The translations under genes were made by a program, and so were the position numbers. A stretch of 64,000 nucleotides of DNA from Camelus ferus (taxonomy: Eukaryota). The notes below the pieces were generated by a model that was given only the letters and a program-made list of their open reading frames with translations, was not told where the DNA came from and ran no database searches. The stretch covers positions 120,096,001-120,160,000 of the forward strand of contig NC_045697.1 in the NCBI RefSeq assembly GCF_009834535.1, in the 5' to 3' direction. Shown piece by piece: positions 26,301 to 40,285 of this stretch. The number at the start of each line of letters is the position of its first letter. Position 1 is the stretch's first letter.

Positions 26301-28635
26301 TCCAGGCATGTTTCTGGGGGTACAGCTGTTCCCAGGTTTGGAGATGAGGCCTAATTACCTCAACTTCCAATGGGGAGGCACCCTATATTTCTTCGCATTC
26401 CAGACCAACTCCCTGCTTTCCTTTGAAGCCCGGCCTAAGAAAACACCTAGGGATGACAATATTATTGATTCTATCAGAACCTCCGCTCTGCTGCCTGTTG
26501 GAGGTACAACACACACTCAAAATTCCGGAACATGTCTTTGCTTGGTGGTGGATTTGAGACCAACACCACAAGATGCCTGGGGGCACAGTTTCTCTCTGTT
26601 TGGGAGAATTCCACTAATTACCTCTACAGTCAATTTCTGGGCAATCCTGGCTACTTGGCTTTCCAGACGAACCCCCAGATTCCCTCGCAGCCCGACCTGT
26701 TAAACACTTAGAGATTATAAGCTAGAGGTTCTATTGGAAACAAGGCACTGCAGACCGTTGTAGGAAGCTCCGCACACGCAGGATAACAGAACATTTTTTT
26801 TGTGTCTGAATGAAATGCTAAAAACTGCACACAAGTTTCAGGGGGTACAGGTTTTCCTATGTTGGGCTAGGTCAGATTATTCCCATTAATGCCCATGGGG
26901 TGGTAATCGCTCCTGCTTAGATTTCCATCCCATCCCCCAGTTTCCATTGCAACCCAATCAGAGAAAACAGTCAGGAAATTTAGCTAAAGTTTCTATTAGA
27001 ACCAAGAAGATGCTGACAGTTGTAGAAACTTCCCCATACACAGGGTAAGAGAACACTTCTTTGTGTGTGTGATTGAGTAGGAAAACAAACTCCATGCATG
27101 TTTTTTGGGTGCAGGTGTAACCAGGCTGTGAGTCTTTGGATAATTATCTCCACAGCCCATGGGGAGGCACTCTATTTTTCTTCATTTTCCAGCCCTACTC
27201 CCAGCTTTCAATTGCAGCCCGGGTTAGGAAAACACCCTGGGATTATAAACTAAGTGATTCTATCAGAACACCGGGCTTCTCTCTGATGGAAGGACCTCCA
27301 CACACACAGGATTAACAAACAAGTCTTTGCCTGGGAGAATTGTGAAGCCCCACTCCACACACATGGCTGATGGCCCAAGTTTTTCCCTGTTAGGTAGAAG
27401 TCCGCTAATTACCTCTACATACGATCGTGGGGCACTCGCTTCTACTTGGATTTCCATCCCAACACCCAGGATTCCCTTGCAGCCCGGCCTGGGGAAAAAC
27501 ACAGTGAAAAGAATCTACTGGTGTTATTAGAACACATGCGCTGCTGACAATTGTGGAAACCTTCGAACACTCATGATAACAGAGCACATCTTTCTGTGTG
27601 GGACGGAGTAGTAAAACACACTCCAGACATTTTTCTGGGGATCCAGTTTTTCCCAGGTTGGGAGACGTCCCCTAGATTCCTTCAATGCCCATGTTGATAC
27701 ATTGACTTCTTCTTCATTTTCAAGCCCAACTCCCAACTTTCCCTTGCATCCCGGTCTAGGATTATACCCAGGGATGACAGTCTAAGTGATTTTATCAGAG
27801 CTAAGATGCTGCTGTATTTTTTAATAACTTCCAGAAACTTAGGATTCTGGATCACGTCTATGCTTGGGGGTAGCTTTGGAGACCCACACAACAGAGATGG
27901 CTTGGGGCACAGGATTTTCCCTGTTAGGGAGATGTCCACTAATTACCTCCACAGTGCATCTCGGGTCACTCGCTGCTACATGGCTTTCCAGCGCAAGCGC
28001 AGCATTACCTCGCAGGCCGGCCTGGGAAAACAATAAGGGATAATAAGCCAGTGGTTCTATTGGAACCCAGGTGCTACAGAACAGTGTAGGATACTCCCCA
28101 CACCAAGGAAAATAGAACACTTCTTGGTGTGTCTCATGCAGATTCGTAAAAATACTCCACGCGTGTTTCAGGGGTTAAGGTGTTGCTAGTTAGTGGGAGT
28201 TCGGGTAATTCCCTCCAATGCCCATGGGGAGGCATTCGCTCCTGCTTGGATTTCCAGCCCAACCCCCAGCTGTCCCTCTCACCCGGGCCTGGGAAAACAC
28301 TCAGGGATAATATGCTATTGGTTTAATTGGAACCCAGTCGCTACCTAAATTTGTAGGCTCCTTCCGACATCTGGGATAACAGAAGAAATCATTGTGGGTC
28401 TGATGGAGATGGGTAAACAAACTCCACGCATGTTTTTGGGGGCACAGGTGTTCCAAGGCTGTGGGACGTCGGAAAATTACCTCAAATTCTCATGGGGAAT
28501 ATCTCACTGCTGCTACGAAATTCAGCCAAACCCACAGCTTTACCTCGCAGCTAGGCGTGTGAAAACTCTCACGGAAAAGAAAATACTGGTTCTATTAGAA
28601 CCCAGGCGCTGCTGATATTTGTAGAATCCTCCCCA
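23330..28635 (+). repeat. HOR copy 5, 20-mer variant (5306 bp), mosaic: alpha-lineage first part, beta-lineage after ~25370
   Basis: Anchors at 23330 and 28636. Diagnostic beta words CTAACGCGCTCCTGATATTTG (25416) and ACGATCGTGGGG (27421). Confidence 0.9.
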
Positions 28636-31600
28636 CACTCAGGATAGCAGAACACAACTTTGTGTGTGTGATGGTGTAGAAAAATACACTCCAGGCATAT
28701 TTCTGGGGGTACAGCTGTTCCCAGGTTTGGAGATGTCGCCTAATTAACTCCACTGCCAATGGGGAGGCAATCTATACTTCTTCACTTTGCAGACCATCTC
28801 CCAAATTTCCCTTACAGCCCGGCCTAAGAAAACACCTAGTGTTGAAAATATTAGTGATTCTATGAGAAAACCTCGCTGTCGCCTTTTGGAGGTACAACGC
28901 AATCTCAAATTTCTGGAACATGACTTTGCTTGGTGGAGGTGTGGAGTCCAACACCACAAGATACCTGGGGGCACATTTCTTTCTCTCTGGGAGAAGTCTG
29001 CTTATTACCTCTACAGTGAATCTCTGGGCACTCGTTGCTACTTGGCTTTCAAGCCGAACCACAAGTTTCCCTCGCATCCCGCCCTGGAAAACACTCAGAG
29101 ATAATAAGTTAATGGTTCTATTGGTACTCAAGCACTGCAGACCGTTGTAGGAACCTACGCACATGCAGGATAACAGAAAAATTTTTTTGTGTCTCATTGA
29201 GATGGTAAAAGCTCCACGCATATTTCAGGGTGTACTGGTGTTCCTAGGTTGTGGGAGGTCAGATACATCCCACTACAGCCCATGGGGAAGTACTCGATCT
29301 GGCTTCGCTTTCCAGCCCATCCCCCATTTTCCTTTTCAACCCAGTCTGAGAAAACAATCAGGAAATGTAGCTAAAGTTTCTACCAGTGCCCCGGAGCTGC
29401 AGTCTGTTGTAGGAAATTCAACACACACAGGATTCCCAAACACGGCTTTGCTTGGAAGGGTTTTGAAGCCCCAATCCACAAACATGGCTGGGGGCACAAG
29501 TTATTCCTTGTTAGGAAGAAGTCCGCTAATTAGCTCTACAGTCCTTCTGGGGCACCCGCGGCTACTTGGAATTCCAGCCCAACCCCCATTTTTCCCTTGC
29601 AGCCTGGCCTGGGTTAACACAGAAGGATAAGAAGCTATTGGTGCTATTTGAACTCATGCCCTGCTGAAAATTGTGGAAACCTTCGAACACTCAGGATAAC
29701 AGAACTTATCTTTCTGTGTGTGAGGGAGTAGGAAAACACACTCCAGGCATGTTTTTGGGGTACAGCTTTTCCCAGGATGGGATAGGACGTCTAATTAACT
29801 TCGCTTCCAATGTGGAGGCACACTATACTTCTTCGCTTTCCAGACCTACTCACAGCTTTCCTTTGAAGCCGGCCTAAGGAAACACCTAGGGATGACAATA
29901 TTAGCGATTCTATCAGAACCTCCTCTCTGCTGACTGTTGGAGGTACAACACACACTCAAAATTCTGGAACATGGCTTTGCTTGGTGGATGTATGGAGACC
30001 AACACCACAATATGCCTGGGGGAACAGTTTCTCTCTGTCTGGGAGAACTACGCTCATTACCTCTACAGTCAAACTCTGGGGAATCCTGGCTACTAGGCTT
30101 TCTAGCCGAACCCACAGTTTCCCTCGTAGCCCGCCCGGGAACACACTCAGAGATTATAAGCTAGTGGTTCTATTGGAACCCAGGCACTGCAGATCGTTGT
30201 AGGAAGCTCAGCACACGCAGGATAACAGAATACATTTTTTGTGTCTGATTGAGATGGTAAAAATTCTACGCATGTTTCAGGGGGTACAGGTTTTCCTAGG
30301 TTGGGGGAGGTCAGATTATTCCCATTATTGCCCATGGGGACGTAATCGCTCCTGCTTGGATTTCCATCCCATCCCCCAGTTTCCCTTGCAACCCATTCAG
30401 AGGAAACAGTCAGGAAATATAGCTAAAGTTTCTATTAGAACACAGGCGCTGCTGACAGTTGTAAAAACCTCCCCATACACAGGTAACAGAACACTTCTTG
30501 GTGTGAGATGGAGTAGGAATACACAGTACATGCATGTATCTGTGGTGCAGGTGTAACCATTTTGGGAGACATTGGCTAAGTATCTCCACAGCCCATGGGG
30601 ATGCACTCAGTTTTCTTCGATTTCCAGCCCTATTCCCAGCATTCCCTTGAAGCCCGGGTTAGGAAAACACTCAGGAATCACAAACTAACTCATTCAATCA
30701 GAACCAGTGCGCTGCTGTATGTGTGGAGGAACCTTCAAACACTCAGGATTCCGGAACTCGGATTTGCTTGGTGCGAATTGTGAAGCCTCACAGCACACTC
30801 AATCCTGGGGCCCAAGATTTTCCCTTTTAGGGCCAAGTCTGCTAATTACCTCCATAGTCCATCTCGGGGCACTCGCTGCTACTTGGATTCCCAGCCCAAC
30901 CCCCATGTTTCCCTTGAGCCCGGCCTGGGGTAACACAGAGGGAAAAGAAGCTATTGGTGCTATTCGAACCAATGCCCTGCTGACAATTGTGGAAACCTTC
31001 GAACACTCAGGATAACAGATCATTTCTTTCTGTGTGTGATGTTGTAGGAAAACACACTCCAGGCTTTTTTTGGTAACCCAGGTTTTCCCAGTTTGGGAGA
31101 TGTCGGCTACATTCCTTCAGTGCCCAAGGGGTGGCACTGTCTTCTTCTCCGTTTTCAAGCCCAACTCCCAGCATTCCCTTGCAGCCCGGACAAGTGTAAC
31201 ACTCATAGAAGACAAATAAGTGATTCTATCAGAACCCTGGCGTTGCTGTCTTTTGGAGGATCCTCCAAAGCTTCAGGATTCTGGAACACGTCTTTTAGTG
31301 TGGGGAGTTGTGGAACCCCAATCCACGCAGATGGATGGGGTCACAGATTTGTCCCTGTTAGGGAGAAGTCTGCTAATTACCTCCAAAGTGCATCTTGTGG
31401 CACTCGCTTCTTCTTAGATTTTTAGCCTATCCCTCAGTTTTCACTCGCAGCCCGGCCTTGTTAAACACTCAGTGATAATAAGCCAAGTTTCTATTGGAAC
31501 CCAGGTGCTGCACACAATTGTAGGAACATCCCCACACTCAGAAAACACAACAATATTTTGAGTGTCTGATTTAGATGGGTAAACTAAATCCACGCATGTT

Positions 31601-34600
31601 TCAGATTGTATAGGAGTTCCTAGGTTATGGGAGTTCGGATATTTACATCCACTGTCCATGGGGAGTCCCTTGCCGTTGCTTGGATTCCAGCCCATCCCCC
31701 AGCATTCCCTCGCATCCCGGCCTGTTAAAACACTCAGGGAAAAGAAGCTACAGTTCCTATTAAATCTAAGGTACTCCTGAAAGTTGTAGAAACCTCACTA
31801 CACTAAGGAAAACAGAACACAGCTTTGTTTGTGTGATGGAGTAGGAAAACACTGTAAGGCATGTCCCTGGGGTCCAGGTGTTCGCAGGATGGGAAATGTT
31901 TGCTAATTACCTCCACTGCCCATGGGGAAGCACTCTCTTCTTCTTCGATATCCAGCCCTAATCCTAGCATTCCCTTGCAGCCCCACTGTGGAAAACACCC
32001 AGGGATGACAAACTAAATCATTCTATCAGAACCAGGGCGCTGCTGTATGTTCGAGGAACCTCCAAACACTCTAGATTCCGGAACATGGATTTGCTTGTGG
32101 CGAATTGTGAAGCCCAACAGCACACTCATTGCTGGGGCGCAAGAATTTCCCTTTTTGGGGCCATGTCCGCAAATTACCTCCATAGTCCATCTCGGGGCAC
32201 TCGCTGCTACTTGGAATTCCAGCCCAAACCCAAGCTTTCCCTCACAGTTCGGCCTCGGAAAACACACAGGGAAAATATATTATTGGTTGTAATGGAACCC
32301 GGTCTCTACCTAACTTTGTAGGAACCTTCCCATAACTAGGATAAAAGAAGAAATATTTGTGTGTCTGATGGAGATGGGTAAACACACTCCAAGCATGTAT
32401 CAGTGTGCTTAGTGTTTCCAAGGCTGTGGGACGTCGGAAAATTACCTCAAATTCTCATGGGGTGTAACTCGATGCTGCTACGAAATACAGCCAAGACCAC
32501 AGATTACCTGGCAGCCAGGCCAGTGAAAAAACTCATGGAAAACAAAATAATGGTGCTACTAGAACCCAGGCGCTGCTGAAAATTGTAGAATACTCCGCAC
32601 ACTCAGGATAGCAGAACAAATTTTTTGTGTGTGATTATGTAGGGAAATACTCTCCAGGCATATTTCTGGTGTCACAGCTGTTCCCAGGTTTGGAGATGTC
32701 GCCTAATTACCTCCACTTCCAATTTGGAGGCACTCTATATTTCTTCGCTTTCCAGACCAACTCCCTGCTTTCCTTTGAAGCCCGGCCTAAGGAAACACCT
32801 AGGGATGACAATATTATTGATTTTATGAGAACACGCGCTCTGCTGCCTTTTGGAGGTACAACACACAGTCAAAAATCCGGAACATGGCTTTGCTTGGAGG
32901 AGGTATGGAGACCAAAACCACAAGATGCCTGGGGGCACAGTTACTCTCTGTTTGGGAGAATTCCGCTATTTACCTCTACAGTCAATCTCTGGGCAATCCT
33001 GGCTAATTGGATTTCCAGCCGAACCCCAAGTTTCCCCCGCAGCCCGCCCTGGAAAACACTCAGAGATTATAAGCTAGTGGTTCTATTGGAACTCAGGCAC
33101 TGCAGACCGTTGTAGGAAGATCCTCACATGCAGGATAACAGAACACAATTTGTGTGTCTGATTGAGATTCTAAAATCTCCATGCATGTTTCAACGGGTAA
33201 AGGTTTTCCTAGATTGGGGGTGTTCAGATTATTCAGAGTTAATGCCCATGGGCTGTTAATCGCTCCTGCTTGGATTTCCATCATATCCCCCAGTTTCCCT
33301 TGCAACCCAGTCAGAGAAAACAGTCAGGAAATTTAGCTAAATTTCTATTGGAACCCTGGCGATGCTGACATTTGTAGAAACTTCTCCATACACAGTTTAA
33401 CAGAACACTTCTTTGTGTGTGTGATTGAGTAGGAAAACAGAGTCCATGCATGTCTCTGGGGTGCAGGTGTAACCAGGCTGTGAGACGTTGGCTAAGTATC
33501 TCCACAGCCCATGGGGAGGCACTCAGTTTTTCTTCGTTTACAGCTCTACTCACAGCTTTCCATTGCAGCCCGGGTTGGAAAACACCCAGGGATGACAAAC
33601 TAAATGATTCTATCAGAAATCAGGCGCTACTGTCTGTTGGAGGAACCTCCACACACACAGGATTAACAAACACGTCTTTGCTTGGGAGAATTGTGAAGCC
33701 CCACTCCACACACATGGCTGAGGGCACAAGATTTTCCCTGTTAGGTAGAAGTCCGCTAATTACCTCTACAGACAATCATGGGGCACTCGCTTCTACTTGG
33801 ATTTCCATCCCAACCCCCAGGATTCCCTTGCAGCCCGGCCTGGGGAAACACAAAGTGAAAGAATCTACTGGTGCTATTAGAACACATGCGAGGCTGACAT
33901 TTGTGGAAAACTTCGAACACTCATGATAACAGAGCACATTTTTCTGTGTGTGAAGGAGTAGTAAAACACACTCCAGTCATATTTCTGGGGATCCAGTTTT
34001 TCCCAGTTTGGGAGATGTCGGCTAGATTCCTTCAATGCCCATGTTGATGCATTGACTTCTTCTTCGTTTTCAAGCCCAACTCCCAACTTTCCCTTGCATC
34101 CCGGTCTAGGATTATACCCAGGGATGACAGTCTAAGTGATTTTTTCAGAGCTATGATGCTGCTGTATTTTTTAGGAACTTCCAGAAACTTAGGATTCTGG
34201 ATCACTTCTATGCTTGGGGGTAGCTTTGGAGACCCACACCACAGAGATGGCTTGGGTCACAGGTTTTTCCCTGTTAGGGAGATGTCCGCTAATTACCTCC
34301 ACAGTCCATCAAGGGTCACTCGCTGCAACATGGCTTTCCAGCGCAAGCGCAGCATTCTTTCGAAGGCCGGCTTGGGAATACAATCAGGGATAATAATCCA
34401 GTGGTTCTATTGGAACCCAGGTGCTGCAGAACATTTTAGGATACTCCCCACACCCAGGAAAAGAGAACACTTCTTTGTGTGTCTCATGAAGTTTTGTAAA
34501 AATCTCCACGCGTGTTTCAGGGGTTAAGGTGTTGCTAGTTAGTGGGAGTTCAGAAAATTCCCACCAATGCCCATGGGGAGGCACTCGCTCCTGCTTGGCT

Positions 34601-34984
34601 TTCTAGCCCAACCCACAGCTTTCCCTCTCAGCACGGCCTGGGAAAACACTCAGGGATAATATGCTATTGGTTGTATTGAAACCCAGTAGCTACCTATCTT
34701 TGTAGGCCCCTTCCCACATCTGGGATAACAGAAGATAATTTTGTGTGTCTGATGGAGATGGGTAAACAAACTCCACGCATATTTCAGGGGGCACAGGTGT
34801 TCCAAGGCTGTGGGACGTCGGAAAATTACCTCAAATTCTCATGGGGAGTATCTCACTGCTGCTACAAAATACATCCAAACCCACAACTTTACCTCGCAGC
34901 TAGGTTTGTGTAAACATTCACGGAAAAGAAAATAATGGTGCTATTAGAACACAGGCGCTGCTGATATTTGTAGAATCCTCCCCA
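28636..34984 (+). repeat. HOR copy 6, 24-mer (6349 bp), most divergent and mosaic copy
   Basis: Anchors at 28636 and 34985. Beta markers in monomers 1-8, many private variants at ~30860-32900, alpha-like from ~33150. Confidence 0.9.
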
Positions 34985-37900
34985 CACTCAGGATAGCAGA
35001 ACACATCTTTGTGTGTGTGATGGTGTAGAAAAATACACTCCATGCATATTAATGGGGGTACAGCTGTTCCCAGGTTTGGAGATGCCGCCTAATTACCTCC
35101 ACTGTCAATGGGGAGGCACTCTATACTTCTTCGCTTTCCAGACTAATTCCCAGCTTTCCTTTGAAGCCCGGCCTAAGGAAACACCTAGGGATGACAATGT
35201 TAGTGATTCTATAAAAACCCAATCTCTGCTGACATTTGGAGGTACAAAACACACTCAAAATTCTGGAACATGGCTTTGCTTGGTGGAGGTATGGAGACCA
35301 ACACCACAATATGCCTGGGGGCACAGTTTCTCTCTGTCTGGTAGAAGTCCACTCATTACCTCTACAATCAATCTCTGGGCAAATCTGGCTAATTGGCTTT
35401 CCAGCCGAACCCCCAGTTTCCCTCATAGCCCGCCCTGGAACACACTAAGGGATTATAAGCTAGTGGTTCTATTGGAACTCAGGCACTGCAGACTGTTTTA
35501 GGTAGCTCCGCACACGCATGTTAACAGAAAACTTATTTTGTGTCTGATAGAGATGTTAAAAATTCCACGCATGTTTCAGCGGGTACAGTTTTACCCAGGT
35601 AGTGGGAGGTCAGATTATTCCCATTAATGCCCATGGGGAGCTAATCGCTCCTGCTTGGATTTCCATACCATCCCCCAGTTTCCCTTTCAACCCAGTCCGA
35701 GAAAACAGTCAGGAAATATAGCTAAAGTTTCTGTTAGAAGCCAGGCGCTGCTGACAGTTGTAGAAACATCCCCATACACAGGGAAACAGAACACTTCTTT
35801 GTGTGTGAGATGGAGTAGAACTAAACAGTACATGCATGTATCAGGGGTGCAGGTGTAACCAGTTTGGGAGACGTTGGCTAAGTATCTCCACAGCCCATGG
35901 GGATGCACTCAGTTTTCTTCGATATCCAGCCCTACTCCCAGCTTTCCCTTGCAGCCCGTGTTAGGAAAACACTCAGGGATGACAAACTAAATCATTCTAT
36001 CAGAACCAGTGCGCTGCTGTATGTGTGGAGGAACCTCCAAACACTCAATATTCTGGAACACGTATTTGCTTGGTGCGAAATGTGAAGCCCCACAGCACAC
36101 GCAAACCTGGGGCCCAAGATTTTCCCTTTTAGGGCCAAGTCCGCTAATTACCTCCATAGTCCATCTCTGGGTACTCACTGCTACTTGGATTCCCAGCCCA
36201 ACCCCCATGTTTCCCTTGCAGCCCGGCCTGGGGTAACACAGAGTGAAAAGAAGCTATTGGTGCTATTCGAACCCATGCCCTGCTAAACAAATTTGGAAAC
36301 CTTCGAACACTCAGGATAACAGAACATATCTTTCTGTGTGTGATGGTGTAGGAAAACACACTCCAGGCATTTTTATGGGGATCCAGGTTTTCCCAGGTTG
36401 GGAGATGTCGTCTTGATTCCTTCAGTGTCCATGGGGTGGCACTGTCTTCTTCTTCCTTTTCAAGCCCAACTCCCAGCATTCCCTTGCAGCCCGGACAAGT
36501 GAAACACCCATGGAAGACAAATAAGTGATTCTATCAGAACCCCGGCCTTGCTGTCTGTTGGAGGATCCTCCAAAGCTTCAGGATTCTGGAACACGTCTTT
36601 TAGTGTGGGGAGTTGTGGAACCCCAATCCACGCAGATGGATGGGGTCACAGATATGAACCTGTTAGGGAGAACTCCGCTAATTAACTCCACAGTGAATCT
36701 TGGGGCACTCGCTTCTTCTTAGATTTTCACTCTATCCCCCAGTATTCACTGGCAGCCCGGCCTTGTAAAACACTCAGTGATAATAAGCTATGTTTCTATT
36801 GGAACCCTGGTGCTGCAGACAATTGTAGGTACCTCCCCACAATCAGAATAACACAACAATAATTTGAGTGTCTCATTTAGATGGGTAAACAAATTCACGC
36901 ATGTTTCACTTTGTATAGGAGTTCCTAGGTTGTGGGAGGTCGGATATTACATCCACTGTCCATGGGGAGTCCCTTGCAGTTGCTTGGATTCCAGCCCAAC
37001 CCCCAGCATTCCCTCCCATCCCGGCCTGTGAAAACACTCAGGGAAATAAGCTACAGTTTCTATAAGAACTAAGGTGCTCCTGACAGTTGTAGAAACATCC
37101 CTACACTAAGGAAAACAGAACAAAGCTTTGTGTGTGTGATGCATTAGGAAAACACAGTAAGGCATGTCTCTGGGGTTCAGGTGTTCGCAGGTTGTGAAAT
37201 GTTGGCTAATTACCTCCACTGCCCATGGGGAAGAACTCTCTTCTTCTTCGATATCCAGCCCTAATCCTAGCATTCCCTTGAAGCCCGACCATGGAAAACA
37301 CCCAGGGATGACAAACTAAATAATTCTATCAGAACCAGGGTGCTGCTGTATGTTGGAGGAACCTCCAAACCCTCAGGATTCCGGAACACGGATTTGCTTG
37401 GTACGAATTTTGAAGCCCCAGAGCACACTAATTGCTGGGGCCCAAGATTTTCCCTTTTAGGGCTAAGACCGCTAATTACCTCCATAGTCCATCTCGGGGC
37501 ATTCGCTGCTACTTGGATTTAAAGCCCAAACCCAAACTTTCCCAGGCAGACCGGACTGGGAATCACACAGGGAAAATATGTTATTGGTTGTATCGGAACC
37601 CAGTCTCTACCTACCGTTGTAGGAATCTTCCCACAACTAGGATAAAATAAGAAACATTTGTGTGTCTGATGGAGATGGGTAAACAAACTCCAAGGATGTA
37701 TCAGGGTTCTTAGTGTTTCCAAGGATGTGTGACGTCGGAAAATTACCTCAAATTCTCATGAGGAGTAACTGGCTGCTGCTAAGAATTACAGCCAAGCCCA
37801 CAGCTTTACCTGGCAGCCAGGCCTTTTAAAAAAATCATGGAAAACAGAATACTGGTGCTACTAGAACCCAGGTACTCCTGAAAGTTGTAGAATACTCCGA

Positions 37901-40285
37901 ACAATCAGGATAGCAGAACAAATATTTTTGTGTGTGTTGGTGTAGGAAAATACACTCCAGGCAAGTTTCTGGTGTTACAGCTCTTCCCAGGTTTGGAATT
38001 GAGGCCTAAATACCTTCAATTCCAATGGGGAGGCACTCTATGCTTCTTCGCTTTCCAGACCAACTCCCTGCTTTCCTTTGAAGCCCGGCATAAGGAAACA
38101 CCTAAGGATGACAATATTATTGATTCTATGAGAACCCCCGCTCTGCTGACTGTTGGAAGTACAAAAAACACTCAAAATTCCGGAACATGGCTTTGCTTGG
38201 TGGAGGTATGGAGACCAACACCACAAGATGCCTGGGGGCACAGTTACTCTCTGTTTGGGAGAATTCCGCTATTTACCTCTACAGTCAATTTCTGGGCAAT
38301 CCTGACTACTTGGCTTTCCAGCCGAACCCACAGTTTCCCTCGCAGCCCGCCCTGGAAAACACTCAGAAATTATAAGCTAGTCGTTCTATTGGAACCCAGG
38401 ACCTGCAGAACTTTGTAGGAAGCTCCGCACACGCAGGATAACAGAACACATTTTGTGTGTCTGATTGAGATTCTAAAATCTCCACGCATGTTTCAAGGGG
38501 TACAGGTTTTCCTAGATTGGGGGTGTTCAGATTATTCAGAGTTAATGCCCATGGGGAGTTAATCGCTCCTGCTTGGATTTCCATCATATCCCCCAGTTTC
38601 CCTTGCAACCCAGTCAGAGAAAACAGTCAGGAAATTTAGCTAAATTTTCTATTGGAACCCTGGCGATGCTGACAGTTGTAGAAACTTCTCCATACACAGT
38701 TTAACAGAACACTTCTTTGTGTGTGTGATTGAGTAGGAAAACAGAGTCCATGCATGTCTCTGGGGTGCAGGTGTAACCAGGCTTGAGACGTTGGCTATCT
38801 CCACAGCCCATGGGGAGGCACTCAGTTTTTCTTCGTTTACAGCCCTACTCCCAGCTTTCCATTGCAGCCCGGGTTGGAAAACACCCAGGGATGACAAACT
38901 AAATGATTCTATCAGAAATCAGGAGCTACTGTCTGTTGGAGGAACCTCCACACACACAGGATTAACAAACACGACTTTGCTTGGGAGAATTGTGAAGCCC
39001 CACTCCACACACATGGCTGAGGGCACAAGATTTTCCCTGTTAGGTAGAAGTCCACTAACTACCTCTACAGACAATCATGGGGCACTCGCTTCTACTTGGA
39101 TTTCCATCCCAACCCCCAGGATTCCCTTGCAGCCCGGCCTGGGAAAACACAGAGGGAAAACAATCTACTGGTGCTATTAGAACATATGCGAGGCTGACAT
39201 TTGTGGAAAACTTCGAACACTCATGATAACAGAGCACATCTTTCTGTGTGTGAAGGTGTAGTAAAACACACACCAGTCATGTTTCTGGGGATCCAGTTTT
39301 TCCAAGGTTGGGAGATGTCGGCTAGATTCCTTCAATGCCCATGTTGATGCATTGACTTCTTCTTCGTTTTCAAGCCCAACTCCCAACTTTCCCTTGCATC
39401 CCGGTCTAGGATTATACCCAGGGATGACAGTCTAAGTGATTTTTTCAGAGCTACGATGCTGCTGTATTTTTTAGGAACTTCCAGAAGCTTAGGATTCTGG
39501 ATCACTTCTATGCTTGGGGGTAGCTTTGGAGACCCACACCACAGAGATGGCTTGGGTCACAAGTTTTTCCCTGTTAGGGAGATGTCCACTAATTACCTCC
39601 ACAGTCCATCAAGGGTCACTCGCTGCAACATGGCTTTCCAGCGCAAGCACAGCATTCCCACACAGGCCGGCCTGGGAAAACAATCAGGGATAATAATCCA
39701 GTGGTTCTATTGGAACCCAGGTGCTGCAGAACATTTTAGGATACTCCCAACACCCAGGAAAAGAGAACACTTCTTTGTGTGTCTCATGAAGTTTCATAAA
39801 AAATCTCCACGCGTGTTTCAGGGGTTAAGGTGTTTCTAGTTAGTGGGAGTTCAGAAAATTCCCACCAATGCCCATGGGGAGGCACTCGCTCCTGCTTGGC
39901 TTTCCAGCCCAACCCAGAGATTTCCCTCTCAGCACGGCCTGGGAAATCACTCAGGGATAATATGCTATTGGTTGTATTGGAACCCAGTAGCTACCTAACT
40001 TTGTAGGCTCCTTCCCACATCTGGGATAACAGAAGAAAACTTTGTGTGTCTGATGGAGATGGGTAAACAATCTTCAAGCATATTTCAGCTGGCACAGGTG
40101 TTCCAAGGCTGTGGGACGTAGGAAAATTACCTCAAATTCTCATGGGGAGTATCTCACTGCTGCTACAAAATACAGCCAAACCCACAGCTTTACCTCGCAG
40201 CTATGTTTGTGTAAAAACTCACGGAAAAGGAAATACTGGTTCTATTAGAACCCAGGCGCTGCTGAAATTTGTAGAATCCTCCCCA
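34985..40285 (+). repeat. HOR copy 7, 20-mer variant (5301 bp)
   Basis: Anchors at 34985 and 40286; monomer 1/5-type junction near 35080-35140. Confidence 0.92.
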
